DNA from: a virus | Taxonomy: Duplodnaviria > Caudoviricetes | Length of the DNA stretch: 36,717 nt | Direction: 5' to 3' (one strand) | IMG/VR virus record: IMGVR_UViG_3300037264_000725 | Span: 1 to 36,717 of that record | Shown: in pieces, positions 34,930 through 36,717 of the stretch | How the letters are laid out: the number at the start of each line of letters is the position of its first letter | How positions within the stretch are numbered: the first letter of the stretch is position 1 | Notes under the pieces: model-generated | Told to the model about the DNA's origin: nothing | Database searches by the model: none | The model's input: the letters and a program-made list of their open reading frames with translations, nothing else | Translations under genes and position numbers: made by a program

Positions 34930-36645
34930 CTAGATGTCAATCTCGAACACGCGCACTTTCGCCTTCTTGCCGCCCTTGCGCAAATCTGTCGTGCGCGGGG
35001 CTGCCTTCTGGGCGGGGTACAGCTGGTTGAAGTCCTCGGGATTCGCGCCCGGCTGCTCCTCGGCGGGCTGTTCCTGCTCTTGCAGCCCGACCGCACTTTC
35101 CTCACCCGGCACTTCGTTGGCGTACCCCTCGTCGGGCTGGCCCTCCATCGGCTGCTGTCCCATCGCAGCCTGCGCCGCCGCTTGCTTCGCCTGCAGCCAG
35201 GTGGGGTTCAAGATCACCTCACCCTCCCCGTTGGGCAGCGGGGGCAGATCGTCCTCGGCGCGGATTTCGTCCACCGTCTTCTTGAACTCGGACTCCATCT
35301 TGCCCAGCTGTGCGGTCTCTTGCGCGCTCTCCGCATCCAGGCCCATGAACTCCAACTCGAAGTCGGGCGCCAGCGGCCAAATCAGGTACTGGTTGATCCA
35401 CTGCGCCAGGTCTTTCAGCAAGGGCTTCAGCCCGCGGTCCTGGCTCGCCTGAATCTTTTGCTGCGGGTTGTTCGTCCCGCCCATCTGGCTGGTCTGCCCG
35501 CTGTTGCCGTAGCTGAAGTTCATCTCGGCCGGGTCGAACTGGCAGACCGCACAGGTGATCTTGATCAGGAAGTCCAGCCACTGGCTGAACTCCATGTCGC
35601 GGTTGTTCTTGCCCATGTCGATCCACTGCAACTCGTCCACGTTCGTCATGGGCACGCGGTGCGCGTTGTTCACGCCCGAAACCATCATCTTCCACTGGCG
35701 CCGGAACGCATCGACCTTGGCGTCAGCGACCGCTCCCTTGAAATTCAAGATGCCGCCCGCCCCCATGAAACCCTGGCTGAACTGCCGCTTGTTGTACTCC
35801 AGCGACCACAGCGTGGATGTGACCACGTTCACCAGCAGTTCCAGTTCGGACAGGCCATAGCCGTTAGCCCGGATGTCGGTGCGCGGGTTGCGCACCCCGA
35901 AGCACAGTTCGTGCCCCGCATACTCCGTGATCACAATTTCGTCGTAGACCTGGACGTACTTCACCTGCTCCGGGTCGCCCTGGATGTCGGCCCCGGGCGG
36001 TACGTCCGCGATCCTGATGGTCCCGCCATCCATCGCGTAGAACTCGGCCGGTTCCCCCTTGCGGTTGCGCACAACCTCGAAACAGCATTGGTCGAGCACC
36101 AGGGCGTCACGCGCAATCTTGCGCACGAACGTCCTGAAATTGTCCCGCCCCGGCGTCCACTTGCTGCCCGTCTGCACTATCCAGTCTTCCAGTTCCCGGC
36201 ACCGCTTGCGCTCGATGGGGGTAGGAGACTTCTCCCGGTCGCGCAGGACGACACCAAACCCCGTGTCGTGCTGGTCGGCTTGCAACTGCGTGAACCCGGA
36301 AATCTGGGTCAGGCGCGTTTGCAGGAACGCGCTGTAGGTCGGTACTCGCGTGGCCAGCTGCCGCAGGGTCGCGTAGGTGATCCCACTCGGGCGGTCCCGG
36401 TAGCCCAGCTGGTCGATGAGCGCGAACGGATCCCACAGCAGGCCACGCGGGTCTTGCCCGGATTCTGCCGGGGGTAGGCTCGCTGCCCCTCCGTCAGTGC
36501 CCACCATGGCCCTTGATGCCCCACCCCGCAGGGCCGGTTCATCGGCGTTCTGGCCGTTGGCCTTGGACAACGACTCGGTCAGCAGGCCCAGGCCGGAACC
36601 CAGCGCGCCGCCCAAGGCCGTTGTGATCTGGTCGCGCAACCCCAT
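34930..36645 (-). CDS. Portal protein, 571 aa
   Basis: DALVLDQCCFEVVRNRKGEPAEFYAMDGGTI, RNPRTD...YGLSELE, DMEFSQWL, DRGLKPLL, TVDEIRAEDDLPP. Confidence 0.92.
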   Translation of the reverse strand: MGLRDQITTALGGALGSGLGLLTESLSKANGQNADEPALRGGASRAMVGTDGGAASLPPAESGQDPRGLLWDPFALIDQLGYRDRPSGITYATLRQLATRVPTYSAFLQTRLTQISGFTQLQADQHDTGFGVVLRDREKSPTPIERKRCRELEDWIVQTGSKWTPGRDNFRTFVRKIARDALVLDQCCFEVVRNRKGEPAEFYAMDGGTIRIADVPPGADIQGDPEQVKYVQVYDEIVITEYAGHELCFGVRNPRTDIRANGYGLSELELLVNVVTSTLWSLEYNKRQFSQGFMGAGGILNFKGAVADAKVDAFRRQWKMMVSGVNNAHRVPMTNVDELQWIDMGKNNRDMEFSQWLDFLIKITCAVCQFDPAEMNFSYGNSGQTSQMGGTNNPQQKIQASQDRGLKPLLKDLAQWINQYLIWPLAPDFELEFMGLDAESAQETAQLGKMESEFKKTVDEIRAEDDLPPLPNGEGEVILNPTWLQAKQAAAQAAMGQQPMEGQPDEGYANEVPGEESAVGLQEQEQPAEEQPGANPEDFNQLYPAQKAAPRTTDLRKGGKKAKVRVFEIDI

Positions 36646-36648
36646 GGG

Positions 36649-36717
36649 TTACCGGCGCTGGTACAGATCGCGAATGCCGCTCTGGTGCTCTTGCGGGTGC
36701 TGCCGCGCGATGGCCCG
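36649..36717 (-). CDS. 3' end of an upstream gene (partial)
   Basis: Open frame RAIARQHPQEHQSGIRDLYQRR* ending 3 nt before the portal ATG. Confidence 0.45.
   Translation of the reverse strand, partial: RAIARQHPQEHQSGIRDLYQRR

Noticed and set aside
468-36477. Many long plus-strand ORFs (e.g. 10556..12823, 21308..23080, 35080..36477)
   Set aside because: They are antisense shadows of high-GC3 minus-strand genes with no recognisable motifs.
1-36717. CRISPR arrays, tRNAs, integrase, terminase, lysis genes, stop-codon recoding
   Set aside because: None were seen. Intergenic gaps are short and genes tile the strand under the standard code.

Overview
This 36.7-kb high-GC window is the virion morphogenesis region of a contractile-tailed (myovirus-type) phage, with every real gene on the minus strand. 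Gene order resembles SPO1/Twort-like (Herelleviridae-like) phages. Reading right to left: portal, a 1865-aa MuF-like multi-enzyme protein, a zeta-toxin-like kinase, a Zn-ribbon protein, prohead protease, scaffold-like protein, major capsid protein, a block of about 6.7 kb of accessory virion genes, head-tail joining genes (with an embedded J-domain gene), sheath, tube, tail assembly chaperone with a likely +1 frameshift, tape measure, hub, spike, a tube-initiator/LysM/gp25 fusion and a truncated baseplate J. The most striking observation is a candidate capsid-loaded polyprotein system. The MuF protein carries transglutaminase-like, PAPS-reductase-like, ADP-ribosyltransferase-like and pyrophosphatase-like domains. 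These are separated by the [LIVM]xK[AS] motif that also marks the capsid propeptide and fills the scaffold, and two sites are followed by a duplicated QQxFLGPRGGKWAD peptide. A 31-codon AT-rich synonymous-codon island with a palindrome inside the capsid gene is also unexplained. All calls come from motifs and synteny read by eye; no database searches were run.
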